A DNA stretch of 46,859 bases from Bacillota bacterium (GCA_041855045.1 JBHADM010000036.1:1-46859); one strand, 5' to 3'; counted from the stretch's first letter, positions 1 to 10,133 are shown. The notes: generated by a model from the letters alone, not told the origin. Numbers and translations: made by a program.

Positions 1-990
1 CGTTTTCTTGCTTAGTGTAGTTGGGCGGTGAAGCGTCGGTACCACTGCTGTCGGTTTCGATAACAGAATAGGTATACACCCTTCCTTCCTCGTCGGTGGC
101 GGGTACGTTCGGCCAGGATACGGTGTTGTTTGCAGGTACCTGCAAGAGGCTGTTTGCGACTTCCACAGCCGTCGGATCGCTTGCAATTTTACGATAGAGT
201 TTAAAGTATACCGTCGGTTTGACGGCCGGTCCACCCACCCATACCTTGTTCGCTTCTATACTGATGGCATTGCTTTCGTATATGTTGTTATACGCCAAGG
301 TCGGATTTGCCTCGTCGGCGGCTATGCTCTTGCTTGCGCCGCCTTCGGGCTTAAAGAGTATGGTGGAATCCAGCGGAGTCGCATTGTTTTTAAGCTCTAC
401 AACCTGATAGGTATAGAGATTTTCATTGGCGTCGGTTTTTGGCAAGCCGGTAAAGACTACCTGATTGCCGCTTGTGGTGGGCACTGACAAGAATATTCCC
501 ACACCGTTGTTATCCAGCACCTCTGAATAATTGGCATCGCTTGCTATTTTGCGATAGAGCTTAAATATCAGATTGGGCTTGGTTACGGTTGAGCCGCCCG
601 TCCACTGCTTCGTCACGGTGAGGTTTACCAGCGGAGAGCGATAGGTATTGGTCAATGACAGGGTACCTGCGCCGCCAACTGTATAGTTAAAGCTCGCCAT
701 GTCCAGCGGCTGCCCGGCGGCATCCACTTCTTTGACATAGTAGGTATACAGCTCGGTGGTGCCGTCCGCTTTATGGTAATATTTTTCAAACTTCATAAAG
801 TTACCCGGACTCAACTCCGTGCCCATGGTAACGGTGGCATCGGTTTTGCCCACCAGAGTTACCGGTACGTTTGCCAAAGCTTCCTCGGCAACACTGGCGC
901 TGCGGCGATACAGCTTAAAGTACACGTTCGGTCTGTTATTCTGGTTGCCGCCCGACCAGCTCTTTTGCGCCTGGATATTGATGAGCTCCT
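1..990 (-). repeat. Three Cna-B-type repeats with ~360-nt period, continuing off the left edge
   Basis: K(S/Q/V)W.GG....(R/K)P.(V/L)(Y/I)FKLYR(R/K) cores lie on the reverse strand at about 951-965, 594-617 and 229-252. Each is followed by a YTY.V.E motif (YTYYVKEVD, YTYQVVEL, YTYSVIETD). DNA-level similarity is visible, e.g. 178-225 versus 538-585. Confidence 0.75.
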
Positions 991-3900
991 TATTTTTCAT
1001 ATCCCGTATCGGGTTCAGGGTCTCATCCATCTGCAGCGGATTGGCATCGGTATGGGTAAATGTAAGCTCACCGTTGCCGATAATGCTGTAATTGTCCGGA
1101 GGCAGGGTTTCCACAATGCGATAGCTGCCTACGAGCGGCACGTTTGCGAAACGAATAACGCCCTGCTCCGTAGCGGAGTTTTCGCCGTTGGAGTGGAAAG
1201 TGCCGTCATAATAGAGCTTAAACTCCGAGTTGTTTAAGTTGGTAATGGGGTTGCCCTGGTCGTCCACCTTGCGAATCTTCAGCGTGGTGACCGCCAATCT
1301 GTTGTAGAACGTACGTCTGGCAACAGAAACCGCCGTAGTCAAAGTGATTTTGGTGGTTCCTGCGATACGCTGATAGCCATGGGGGGCGCGGCTTTCGACA
1401 ATGGTATAGTCGCCCAAATCCAAGTTGAGGAATCTGGCAATACCGTTATTGTCGGTAACCTGCGTATCCAGCGCTGTCAAGGCAGCGAGATCCGCCTCTT
1501 CATGGTGACCGGCGTAAACCTTAAACTCCGCATCCGGCAGAATGTTTTGATCGCGGCTGTCGTACTTGGTCACGACAATTTGGCCTGTCTGGCGTTCGTT
1601 TTTCACATAGAATGTGTTCGTTGGATTATTGTAATCCACCAGCAGGTCGATCTTCATGTACTGATCGCTGATTCTGCGGTAACCGGCCGGTGTCACGGTT
1701 TCTTTCAAAATGTAGGAACCGTACTCCTTTAAGCCGGTGGAATATACATAACGAGTATAATCCGTAGCGGCAGGCGTCACATCCGGCGCTACCAAGTCGG
1801 TCTTATCAACACCGTTTTCTCTGTAGTTTTCGTAAAGTTCAAATTCGGCGCCTTTGAGGCGTTTATAGATGTGATTTTCCGCCACGATATAGTCGGTGGT
1901 ATCTACACCGCTGTTGGTCAGCTCTGTCAATCTGGTCTGCGCCAGGGCATTGCTACCGAACGGCCCCTCTATACGCTCAACTTTCAGCACGTCTATGCTG
2001 AATTTCTTATTGTTTACGGTACGACGGAATACATTGCTTGTATACGGCAATACCTGGAACTCTATAGGCTCTCCGGTGCTTACATAGCCCCCTAAGGCCT
2101 TATGCTCCAACACGCGGTAGTGACCGTATTCCAAATCCTGGAACAGCACTACACCGTTTGTATTGGTCGTCTGTTCCCCGTTTGTGGCAACCGCTTCATA
2201 CTGACCGTTTTGCGGATTTTGCTTGTAGAGTTTGAACACCACGCCCTGCAAACGCTCGTTGTTGTTGATATCTACCTTGGTGATTTCCATATTGCTGCGC
2301 TTTACAATTTCCTTGTTGGAAATCAGCATATTGTCTGCGCGCAGATAGGCTTCGCCGTTAGCATTGAACGCCTTACCGGTGCCGTCGACATAGATTTCGA
2401 CATCCTCCGCCTTGGTATAGTTGGCAGGGGTGTTGATTTCCTTGATGCGGTAGATACGGTTGGGAATCAAGCCTGTGAGTTTGGCGACACCGGCGATATT
2501 GGTTGTCACGGTATACAACTGCTCCTCCGGCGGATCCGCTGTCGTGGTACCATCGCTCAGCTTGTTGGTCACATATACTTCAAACTGGACATTCGGCAGC
2601 TTGGTGCCTTCGTTGAGCGCAATCTGGGTATCAGGACGCGTATCGGGCGTGTACACACTGGATCCGCCCACGGAAACCAGGTGGCGTATACCTATCTTGG
2701 TAAGGTTCAAATCATAGGTATTGTTCTGTATCTCAAACTGATAGGTTACATTATTCGGGTTCGCAGGGTCTACAACCTCGGTGATCGTGTGCGCAGAGTT
2801 ATTAATATAGTCCTGCGACAGCGGCAGCTCGAACAGCAAAGGATCGATCAGCGTAAAGCGATTGAGATTGCTGAGCTCCTTGAGCTGGTATTGACCGTCA
2901 ATTACAGGGTCGAATGCGGCAATACCGCTGGTATTGGTAGACTGCACCTGCTTTGTGCCGGTCACCAAGGTTTCCAGTTCGAAACGCACGCTTGCCAAAT
3001 TGTTTGTGTTGTTCTTTTTCAGCACGCGTATGGTGTATTGCTTGAGGAGTGCCGGCGGAATAATCTTTTCGTTTCTAACTTCGGTAATCGGCTCCACATA
3101 ATTTGGATCCGCAATCTCGTCCAAGTAACTCTGCATGTTCAGATTTACCACGATAGGGGTAGGATCCAGCTTATAGCCGTTAGGCACGCTGACCTCCGTA
3201 ACGGTATAGGGCATATACTCAATGTTATGGAAATAGAGCATGCCTGCACTGTTGGATACGGCGTAGTAGGTTTTACCGTTTTGCTCCAGCTTAAACCTGG
3301 CACCGACAAGGGCTTCGCCGGTATCCCGATCTACTTTTTTGAACATAACACTCTTTTTAGGGGCGTCCAAAGTATTGCTTACACGGTTGGATTCCACATA
3401 GTTGGCATAGCTTGCAAGGCGATATGCAAAGGTGTTTTGCGCCTTGGTATCGTCCCATTGCGCGGAATCCATATAGGAAAGCGCAGGGTTTTTCATCCTG
3501 AGGACAATCACAAGTTTGCTGTTGCCCGGCACATCGCTGGCGGCTGTTCCGCCCATATGGATTGCTTTTGCCTGCGTCGGGTCGGCCGTCTGTTTGCTCG
3601 GGTCGGCCAATGCCGCATCTATCCACTGCTTGGTTGTGCCGTGCAGAGCGCGGTTGGTCGGGAAGCCCTCTCTGGTATTGAAATACGTAATCGGGAAGTT
3701 TGCCGATACATCGGTGGTCGTTGTACCCTTTATCAGCTGTACAGACTCCACAGACACAAGAGTGGGCTCGAATTCCGATCCACGCAGCAGGTGATTGCCG
3801 CTGCCGTCGGCAACGGTATAGCGATCGTTGTCAAACGGGAAAAGGTCAAAGATGTCAATATCGTGGGAATCTGAGAGCAGGTTGTTTACCAATTCCAGCT

Positions 3901-6900
3901 TATACTCATACTCCTCGCCGGGGGCGGTGATGATGTTGTTTGTCCAGGCACCGTTACCCTGCAGCTTGCGCACGTACTTCACGCCTGTCAAACTGTCGTT
4001 GAACACAAGGCTGATGTTATGCACGGCAGTGGTGAGCTGCTTGCCGCCTTCCTCCGGTGTGGCGGCAGGATTCATATGCTCGCCTTGGAAAGCCGGATCC
4101 GTAGCGGTTTCGGTAAAATCTATATAGGTTCTGTTGCGCACGATGGCATCGCCCGGTGTGCTCGGGTGTATGCCAGTAACAATACGCGCAATGGTTTTAC
4201 CGCCGCTGGGCGCCTGCGGCATACGGAAAGTCACAAGGTTTGCACCGTCTGCGCCCATCGTCTGTTCTATGGTGCCGCCATGCTCCAAAAACTCCTGTGT
4301 AGGGATGATTTCCTTGATGTAAAGATAGCTCGGAATCACGTCCACCTGTTTAAAGTCAGGCGTATAGAAGGTTTGTCCAAAATTGATGTTATAACCCTTG
4401 TAATAGGAGTTATAGCCTATGGTATAGATAATCTCCTGCGCACGGTTGGTAACATTGCCGTTATTGCTGATGTTTGCGCTTTTGGTTGCCTGCATTACGG
4501 GCTTGGGTACACGCAAATACTTGTGGTCCCATACATTGCCTACAATTTGCTCACTGTAGTTCGGGATGCCGGCAATTTCACCATCTGCAAAGACGGTACC
4601 GCTGTTCGATAAATTTTTTTCGCGTTTAGGGAAGGGATCCCCATTGCGATTGCTGCTGATTACATTTAGGGTTGCAAACTCATTTGGCCCCGTAAGCGTC
4701 AAACCCTCATAGACCACACGAACGGCATATACCGTGCTGCGCTCAGTAGAAGAGAGAGAGTACTTCTGGTTGGCATTCAATGTAATTGGACCGTTGATTA
4801 ATGTAAAGCTGTCTACATTCGGCTTACGGTTGCTGGTGTTGTTGATAAGCGGCGGATTGGTATAGCCCGGAAAGTTATTGGCATAGAGATAGACTTTGGC
4901 ATTATGCGAAGGCACCAGCGCCTTGAATTCGAGCAATTTATCCGCCAGGTTATGCCCATCCATCGCAAAATCCCATATTTCTATGTTCTTTAGCGTACGC
5001 GGATAGGTTAAATCCTCCGTGCCGTTGCTGACAACGGCATTGTTGGAGCGCACCGTAATCATCCAGCGGTACTCTGCATTTTCATCCCCTGTGCCGCCGA
5101 ACACATAGTAATCTCCCGCATTGGTTTTGCTTACAATACTACCGGCAGTGGGCGCACTTTCCCAAATGGTGTGGCTGACGGTATTGGCATGTGTTCGTAT
5201 CGGCACATCCTCCGCCTGCGGATCGTCCACATGCGTATTGATACTGCTTCGGTTGGTAACCGTTTGACCCATCTTGGCCATAGGAAAGTCCAATGTCAGT
5301 TTGGGAAGTATATGTCGGATGAGATATGATTGCAAGTAGTAATCTTTGCTGCCATGGAGATAGGTTTCCAACACATCCTTCTCCAGTGTCATAATCGCTT
5401 TGGTGCCATCGGGCGAAAGCGTCCAATGCGGGTTTTTGGCAGGGTCAAAACTGGCCACTGCGGTCACATAGCTGTTGGTGGCAGGATCCCACTTTTCATA
5501 GGTTGGCAGCGTATCCTCAAATACCGTCTTTTCCAGACGGCGTTCGCTGCTGAATACAAACTCATATGGAATGCTGAACTCGGTATACTTACCGTCAGAC
5601 CCGGGGGACGGGTAGCGATAAATATTATTGCTTTGGCCTTCGGATACATATTTACCCGCGCTGCGCTCGTAATACCAGGGCTTAAAGTTCTGCGACTCGG
5701 CAACATTGCCCTTTACGCCGCCGGTATCCAACAGATAGTAGGCCTTTGCCTTCTCGTTGATGCGCTGCGGCGTATCGAGGCGGTCAAACTCAAACTGCAC
5801 ACGAATATTCGCCTCCAGCTGATTGGTCGCAAAGCTTGCCACCTCATAAATCACGCGGCGGGTTAACGGGTCATAATAACCCGGTTTGGTTAAGGTCACA
5901 CCCGGGATATCGGGCGGGAACACAATGCGGCTGGGTACATCGGTGGTGTGCGGCGGCAATTCTACCACCAGCTGACCCCTTGTCTCCCCCGCAGGGATAT
6001 TCTGCAATTTAAAGTTTGCCTCCACATTGAGTCTTGTGGTATGGTGGAAGCTTTCGGCGGTATTCACCGTACGGTTGATGGTAACGACATAGTCGTTTGT
6101 CGGGATTTGATTCACCGGCTCATACAAAAACTCTACGGTTTTTTCGCGTTTGTTTGGACTGTACTTAATGTTGGCACGCCTGGTAGCGGCATCAAAGCTA
6201 TCGCCGGTGTTTGGTGTTACCCGTACATCGGTGGCGCGCAATCCGGGGAAGCTTAGGCTGTCTATGGGGGTATCTGCGGCGATATAACGTGTGCTCTGCG
6301 TATTCGGCTGCACTTCACTATTATCTGCCTTCAGCAGATGCTTTATGGTTAGTTTGACAGGGTTGATCAATATACCCGGCGGCGGGTTCAACGAGCCGTC
6401 GTAGTTATCTATATAGAGTATGGTCGGGTTATTGGGTTCCAAGCCGGCAATATTGCTTGGCCATGTCACCTGGTCGGTATTTTGGAAGCGCATGACCAAA
6501 GGCTCGCCGCCAACCACACTGAAGGGTTTGGCATTCAAAAGATTCACCTTGACGCCCGGGGTACTGCTGAAATCCAACGTATCCGGCCTGATATGCGCAA
6601 TCTCGCGACCCAGATTGATCGGCGCAGCGGTTGCAGGCAGCTTGACAGTATCCGCCACAACCACACGATTGTTACTATCTCCGGTATTGAATGCGTAGTT
6701 GCCTATGCTCTTTAAATTGCTTAGATGGGAGAAATCCAAATCATTGATTTTATTGTTATAAAAAGCCTGCTCCCCTATATCCGTGATGCTGCTCGGCAGT
6801 ACCAATTGAGATATGTCATTTCGGATGGAGGCATAGCTTGACGCATAGTATGCCCGCGGGGCAATGGTCGTCAAATTGGTAAACTGGCTTAAATCCAGTT

Positions 6901-9883
6901 TGCCATCCTGCATGTTGTCATAAAATGCGGTGGAGATAATCTGTTTCAGTGCAGGCAAATTCTGCAGGGTGACATTCTTTAGGTTGAAGTTGTTCTCAAA
7001 ACCACCCAGTTCTCGTAGGTTTGGATTGTCTTTTATCTCCACCTTGCGAAGGCTCTGTCCGTTGTTTTGATGGTTAAATGCGCTAGCGTACACCACCTCC
7101 AGTTTGGGCAGATCCACCAGGCTTACCTTTTCCAGCTGATTCCCTGAAAAGGCACTGTTTCCTATGATTTTCAGCTGATCTAAGTTGTTGAAATTGACCG
7201 CTTGCAGTTTGTTGTTGCTAAATGCGTTGCTGTCTATCATTTCCAAAAGCGGAAAATCGCTTAAGTTCAAGGTTCCCTCGATCTGATTGGTGCCAAAAGC
7301 GTTTGAATCAATTCTTTTTAAGGCCGGCAGGTTTTCCAAGGTCAAATCCTTAATTTTATTGTAATAAAATGCGGCAGGACCGATGTTTGTTAAAGCCGGC
7401 AAATCCTTAAGCACCAGCGTTGTGATAGCGGAACCGGAGAAGCCACTTACCGTTGTCAGCTTGGGCAGGCCTTCCAGCACCACTTCATTCAGCATAGGGT
7501 TGCTGGAAAAGGCGTTGATGGCGGTCAGCTCCGGCAGGTTTCGCAATACCAGCGACTCCACCTTGTTGTTTGAAAACGCACTTGTTTCAATGGTTTTCAG
7601 CTTGGGCAGACCGTCCAATTGCAGCGACTGTATCTGGTTTTGGTTGAAGGCATAGGAGCCGATTCTCTCCAACGAGGGCAGGCCGCTTAGATCCAATTCT
7701 GTGATTTTGTTATTGCTGAAAGCATTGCTTTCGATCGTCTTCAGCTTAGGCAGATTCTGCAGTGTAAGCACCGCAATCTGGTTATTATAGAAACCTGAGA
7801 GATACTCCAGCTCCGGAAGATCCGTAAGCTCCAACGAGGACAGCTTGTTGTTGTTAAAAGCTTGATCTATCGTCCTCAGTTTGGGCAAGCCCGATATACT
7901 TAAGCTTTCGATCTGATTGTTTGTAAAGGAGCTGCTGTTAATCCTCTGTAGCTCCGGGTTATTGCGAATCTCGACATTCTTTATCTGGTTATTATAAAAT
8001 GCTGAGTTTCCGATATAGTTCAAGAGGGGCAAATCCTGCAAAGAGACGCTTTCCAACTGATTATCCCGGAACGCTTCCGTGCCGATAGCCGTAAGCTTCG
8101 GATTATTGCCTATGCTGAGGCTGTTGACTGCATTGTTTTTAAATACAGTCTCCGCAATAACCGATAAATTCTGAAGATTACTTAGATTCACCGCTTCAAT
8201 CTTATTGTTTTGAAAAGCTGCGCCATGTATTCGCTCCAGCTTGGGAAAAGACTGAAAATCCAGCGTCTGTATGTTGTTGCTCAGAAAAGAGGCATATCCA
8301 AAGCTTTTGAGCTCGCTTGCCTTATCCATGTTAAGCAGCGCGTTGATGCCGGAGTTGCTGAACGCATAGTTTGATATTTGCTCTAACCGGCTCATCTTCT
8401 CAAAATCAACGGTGTTGATGGCGCGATTCTGAAAGGCATTGCCGCCAATGACGGTAATCGGAGCGCCAGTAGTAGGATTGACGCCGGGCAATACCATATC
8501 GGGGTTGGTAGCAAGCCTTGTAACACCGTTCGCCGAAAGACCGGTTATCGTTGTGCCGGAATAGGTAAAGTCGCTGTACTTCCAGCCCTTACCGGGAATG
8601 ATTTCATCGTCGCTGATATTGGTGTTTTGGAAGGTGAATGTAAAGTTGGCTGTTGCGGTAAGGTTTTGCTCGCCGGGAGCAAGATCGCTGTCACGTTTGT
8701 TTTTCAGTACGATATTCACATCCACTGTACGCGGCGTATTGGCGGCCGGAATAGTGGTTGGTGTGAGCGTGATGCGCGGATCCAACACATTGCCGCTAAG
8801 CGGTGTTATCTGGTTGCCCTGCCCATCGTAAAAGCTTACGTTTTGCAAAATATCCGCCGTGGTCATGGTCGGTTGGGTCTGTGGGAACAATAGCTGCTTG
8901 CTTGGCTCTACCACGATTCTGGGACGCCCGATCTTGATGTAGTTTACGTCTATCACGATGGTACGATCCACCATGGTACTGCTGTCTATGGGTACAGGAT
9001 TGGTTTCTATGGTATAGCCGGGCAGATCCGGGGCGTTGTAGCTGGGCGGAATGGCGCCCGGTGCTAAGACCTCGGTCTTGCTGTCTATCAGCACGCCGCC
9101 GTTTGTAATATCGCGGCTGTGAATCATAAGCTTTACAGGATTAATCAGATATACGGAGGGTTCGTTTGAAACCACATTATTGGCGTTGTTGTCAATCACA
9201 ACCTCCACCACGGGGGTTTTTGCAGCCGTGCCAAAAGCGCCTGCGGCGAACAGATTGGCAGGCGGATCCTGGGTATCCACTGTCAGCTTGGTCAGTGCCG
9301 GGTTGTCGTCAAACGCCACATTGCCGACGCTTGTAACCCCATGCAGGGTCACATCCGTCAGGCTGTTGCCCGCAAAAGCTCTGGGTCCAACAGTGTTAAC
9401 CGTGATATTCAAAGTGGACAGATCGTTGTTATAAAAAGCAGACGCACCGATTGTACCGAATGTGCCGCTGCCCGTGATTTCAGAAATCTTATTGCCCTCG
9501 AAAGCATAGGCTCCGAGGTTCACCGTATTGTTCTGGAAGGTTACTTTGGTAATGCCCTTATTACGAAAGGCATTGCTTTCGATGTCGGTAATACCGGCGC
9601 CTATTGTCACATCTCGCAGCTCCACCCCATCGAACACCAAAGAGCCAATCTGTGTAAGACCGGCTATATTGTCGATAATGATATGATTGCCGCGAATCCG
9701 CGCCGCAGTGCCCGGCGTAAGACCCGTAGCCTTGCCGCCGGTGATGATAAAATCATCTGCGGTCATGGTTACCGTAGTAGGTGTACCTTGTGCAAACACA
9801 ACATCTTGTATGGGCAAAAAGAAAATACATAACAAAAACAGAACCGCAAGCACGCGCCTGCAAGTGGTGGTATTTCTGTACAT
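1..9883 (-). CDS. Giant secreted cell-surface adhesin, N-terminus complete and C-terminus cut by the left window edge (>3,294 codons). Modules: signal peptide, BspA-type leucine-rich repeats, ~1,100-aa non-repetitive core, seven SpaA/prealbumin-fold stalk domains, three Cna-B repeats
   Basis: Hand translation of the reverse strand from ATG (complement of 9881-9883; GGAGG = complement of 9888-9892) stays open to position 2. The ORF track lists no minus-strand ORF in this frame; the four minus ORFs it lists in the region are in other frames. That fits a track that reports only ORFs closed by a stop inside the window. The N-terminus MYRNTTTCRRVLAVLFLLCIFFLPIQDVVFA/QG is signal-peptide-like. Recognisable modules: LRR units (LPKLKTIESNAFSNNKITELDLSG), VMFKKVDRDTGEALVGARFKLE...YTVTEVSVPNGYKLD-type domains, and KSWSGGNQNNRPNVYFKLYRR / KQWTGGSTVTKPNLIFKLYRK / NKVWVGGPAVKPTVYFKLYRK Cna-B repeats. 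No sorting signal is visible because the 3' end lies outside the window. Confidence 0.85.
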   Translation of the reverse strand, partial: MYRNTTTCRRVLAVLFLLCIFFLPIQDVVFAQGTPTTVTMTADDFIITGGKATGLTPGTAARIRGNHIIIDNIAGLTQIGSLVFDGVELRDVTIGAGITDIESNAFRNKGITKVTFQNNTVNLGAYAFEGNKISEITGSGTFGTIGASAFYNNDLSTLNITVNTVGPRAFAGNSLTDVTLHGVTSVGNVAFDDNPALTKLTVDTQDPPANLFAAGAFGTAAKTPVVEVVIDNNANNVVSNEPSVYLINPVKLMIHSRDITNGGVLIDSKTEVLAPGAIPPSYNAPDLPGYTIETNPVPIDSSTMVDRTIVIDVNYIKIGRPRIVVEPSKQLLFPQTQPTMTTADILQNVSFYDGQGNQITPLSGNVLDPRITLTPTTIPAANTPRTVDVNIVLKNKRDSDLAPGEQNLTATANFTFTFQNTNISDDEIIPGKGWKYSDFTYSGTTITGLSANGVTRLATNPDMVLPGVNPTTGAPITVIGGNAFQNRAINTVDFEKMSRLEQISNYAFSNSGINALLNMDKASELKSFGYASFLSNNIQTLDFQSFPKLERIHGAAFQNNKIEAVNLSNLQNLSVIAETVFKNNAVNSLSIGNNPKLTAIGTEAFRDNQLESVSLQDLPLLNYIGNSAFYNNQIKNVEIRNNPELQRINSSSFTNNQIESLSISGLPKLRTIDQAFNNNKLSSLELTDLPELEYLSGFYNNQIAVLTLQNLPKLKTIESNAFSNNKITELDLSGLPSLERIGSYAFNQNQIQSLQLDGLPKLKTIETSAFSNNKVESLVLRNLPELTAINAFSSNPMLNEVVLEGLPKLTTVSGFSGSAITTLVLKDLPALTNIGPAAFYYNKIKDLTLENLPALKRIDSNAFGTNQIEGTLNLSDFPLLEMIDSNAFSNNKLQAVNFNNLDQLKIIGNSAFSGNQLEKVSLVDLPKLEVVYASAFNHQNNGQSLRKVEIKDNPNLRELGGFENNFNLKNVTLQNLPALKQIISTAFYDNMQDGKLDLSQFTNLTTIAPRAYYASSYASIRNDISQLVLPSSITDIGEQAFYNNKINDLDFSHLSNLKSIGNYAFNTGDSNNRVVVADTVKLPATAAPINLGREIAHIRPDTLDFSSTPGVKVNLLNAKPFSVVGGEPLVMRFQNTDQVTWPSNIAGLEPNNPTILYIDNYDGSLNPPPGILINPVKLTIKHLLKADNSEVQPNTQSTRYIAADTPIDSLSFPGLRATDVRVTPNTGDSFDAATRRANIKYSPNKREKTVEFLYEPVNQIPTNDYVVTINRTVNTAESFHHTTRLNVEANFKLQNIPAGETRGQLVVELPPHTTDVPSRIVFPPDIPGVTLTKPGYYDPLTRRVIYEVASFATNQLEANIRVQFEFDRLDTPQRINEKAKAYYLLDTGGVKGNVAESQNFKPWYYERSAGKYVSEGQSNNIYRYPSPGSDGKYTEFSIPYEFVFSSERRLEKTVFEDTLPTYEKWDPATNSYVTAVASFDPAKNPHWTLSPDGTKAIMTLEKDVLETYLHGSKDYYLQSYLIRHILPKLTLDFPMAKMGQTVTNRSSINTHVDDPQAEDVPIRTHANTVSHTIWESAPTAGSIVSKTNAGDYYVFGGTGDENAEYRWMITVRSNNAVVSNGTEDLTYPRTLKNIEIWDFAMDGHNLADKLLEFKALVPSHNAKVYLYANNFPGYTNPPLINNTSNRKPNVDSFTLINGPITLNANQKYSLSSTERSTVYAVRVVYEGLTLTGPNEFATLNVISSNRNGDPFPKREKNLSNSGTVFADGEIAGIPNYSEQIVGNVWDHKYLRVPKPVMQATKSANISNNGNVTNRAQEIIYTIGYNSYYKGYNINFGQTFYTPDFKQVDVIPSYLYIKEIIPTQEFLEHGGTIEQTMGADGANLVTFRMPQAPSGGKTIARIVTGIHPSTPGDAIVRNRTYIDFTETATDPAFQGEHMNPAATPEEGGKQLTTAVHNISLVFNDSLTGVKYVRKLQGNGAWTNNIITAPGEEYEYKLELVNNLLSDSHDIDIFDLFPFDNDRYTVADGSGNHLLRGSEFEPTLVSVESVQLIKGTTTTDVSANFPITYFNTREGFPTNRALHGTTKQWIDAALADPSKQTADPTQAKAIHMGGTAASDVPGNSKLVIVLRMKNPALSYMDSAQWDDTKAQNTFAYRLASYANYVESNRVSNTLDAPKKSVMFKKVDRDTGEALVGARFKLEQNGKTYYAVSNSAGMLYFHNIEYMPYTVTEVSVPNGYKLDPTPIVVNLNMQSYLDEIADPNYVEPITEVRNEKIIPPALLKQYTIRVLKKNNTNNLASVRFELETLVTGTKQVQSTNTSGIAAFDPVIDGQYQLKELSNLNRFTLIDPLLFELPLSQDYINNSAHTITEVVDPANPNNVTYQFEIQNNTYDLNLTKIGIRHLVSVGGSSVYTPDTRPDTQIALNEGTKLPNVQFEVYVTNKLSDGTTTADPPEEQLYTVTTNIAGVAKLTGLIPNRIYRIKEINTPANYTKAEDVEIYVDGTGKAFNANGEAYLRADNMLISNKEIVKRSNMEITKVDINNNERLQGVVFKLYKQNPQNGQYEAVATNGEQTTNTNGVVLFQDLEYGHYRVLEHKALGGYVSTGEPIEFQVLPYTSNVFRRTVNNKKFSIDVLKVERIEGPFGSNALAQTRLTELTNSGVDTTDYIVAENHIYKRLKGAEFELYENYRENGVDKTDLVAPDVTPAATDYTRYVYSTGLKEYGSYILKETVTPAGYRRISDQYMKIDLLVDYNNPTNTFYVKNERQTGQIVVTKYDSRDQNILPDAEFKVYAGHHEEADLAALTALDTQVTDNNGIARFLNLDLGDYTIVESRAPHGYQRIAGTTKITLTTAVSVARRTFYNRLAVTTLKIRKVDDQGNPITNLNNSEFKLYYDGTFHSNGENSATEQGVIRFANVPLVGSYRIVETLPPDNYSIIGNGELTFTHTDANPLQMDETLNPIRDMKNKELINIQAQKSWSGGNQNNRPNVYFKLYRRSASVAEEALANVPVTLVGKTDATVTMGTELSPGNFMKFEKYYHKADGTTELYTYYVKEVDAAGQPLDMASFNYTVGGAGTLSLTNTYRSPLVNLTVTKQWTGGSTVTKPNLIFKLYRKIASDANYSEVLDNNGVGIFLSVPTTSGNQVVFTGLPKTDANENLYTYQVVELKNNATPLDSTILFKPEGGASKSIAADEANPTLAYNNIYESNAISIEANKVWVGGPAVKPTVYFKLYRKIASDPTAVEVANSLLQVPANNTVSWPNVPATDEEGRVYTYSVIETDSSGTDASPPNYTKQEN
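1100..3352 (-). repeat. Seven tandem SpaA / prealbumin-fold (Cna-B-like) stalk domains inside the adhesin gene
   Basis: The recurring pattern is x(K/R)KVD...G(A/V)xF(K/E)L(Y/E)...G.Y.(I/V).E...P.GY. Examples: VMFKKVDRDTGEALVGARFKLE...YTVTEVSVPNGY; MEITKVDINNNERLQGVVFKLY...GHYRVLEHKALGGY; GQIVVTKYDSRDQNILPDAEFKVY...GDYTIVESRAPHGY; LKIRKVDDQGNPITNLNNSEFKLY...GSYRIVETLPPDNY. Boundaries are approximate. Confidence 0.7.
6690..8455 (-). repeat. BspA-type leucine-rich repeat tract inside the adhesin gene (~24 units of ~24 aa / 72 nt)
   Basis: Successive units include LPKLKTIESNAFSNNKITELDLSG, LPSLERIGSYAFNQNQIQSLQLDG, LPKLKTIETSAFSNNKVESLVLRN and LPALKRIDSNAFGTNQIEGTLNLSD. The period is 72 nt on the reverse strand. 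The DNA copies are clearly diverged, not identical. Boundaries are approximate. A shorter degenerate LRR-like block lies near the N-terminus (about 9280-9660). Confidence 0.8.
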
Positions 9884-10040
9884 GGAACCTCCAGAATAAG
9901 CATCGGTTATTGGATATATGAATATACTTAAAGGTATACAAAAAGAATCAGCATGCTGACCTTAACAATTCGAAAACAACAAGATATTTGCCCCTTCGCA
10001 CAAAAGCAAAGTATCTACACGGAGAGTATATCATCTCAGT

Positions 10041-10072
10041 AAAAAAAATGCAAGGTAAAAACCTTGTATTTT
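10041..10072 (-). terminator. Rho-independent terminator after the small acidic-protein gene
   Basis: On the minus strand, stem CAAGGT/ACCTTG (10051-56 / 10061-66) has a 4-nt loop and is followed by CA + T8 (complement of 10041-10048). Confidence 0.6.
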
Positions 10073-10133
10073 TTATGTTTTTTAATATAAAACAGATAAA
10101 ACAGAAAATGTTTGTGATTATTTTTAAAAAAAC

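Noticed and set aside
4614-4620. T7 homopolymer inside the adhesin gene as a phase-variation tract
   Set aside because: Seven bases is short for efficient slipped-strand switching, and it is a plain GAA-AAA-AAT coding context. No longer tract was seen in the gene or its promoter.
219-9899. Many + strand ORFs in the track (e.g. 2102-3874, 590 aa; 4019-4612; 5330-5866; 773-1237; 9341-9832)
   Set aside because: All lie antisense to the single giant reverse-strand ORF. Their products are V/I/R/G/H-rich nonsense with no RBS or family resemblance, and they are the usual open antisense frames of a long biased gene.
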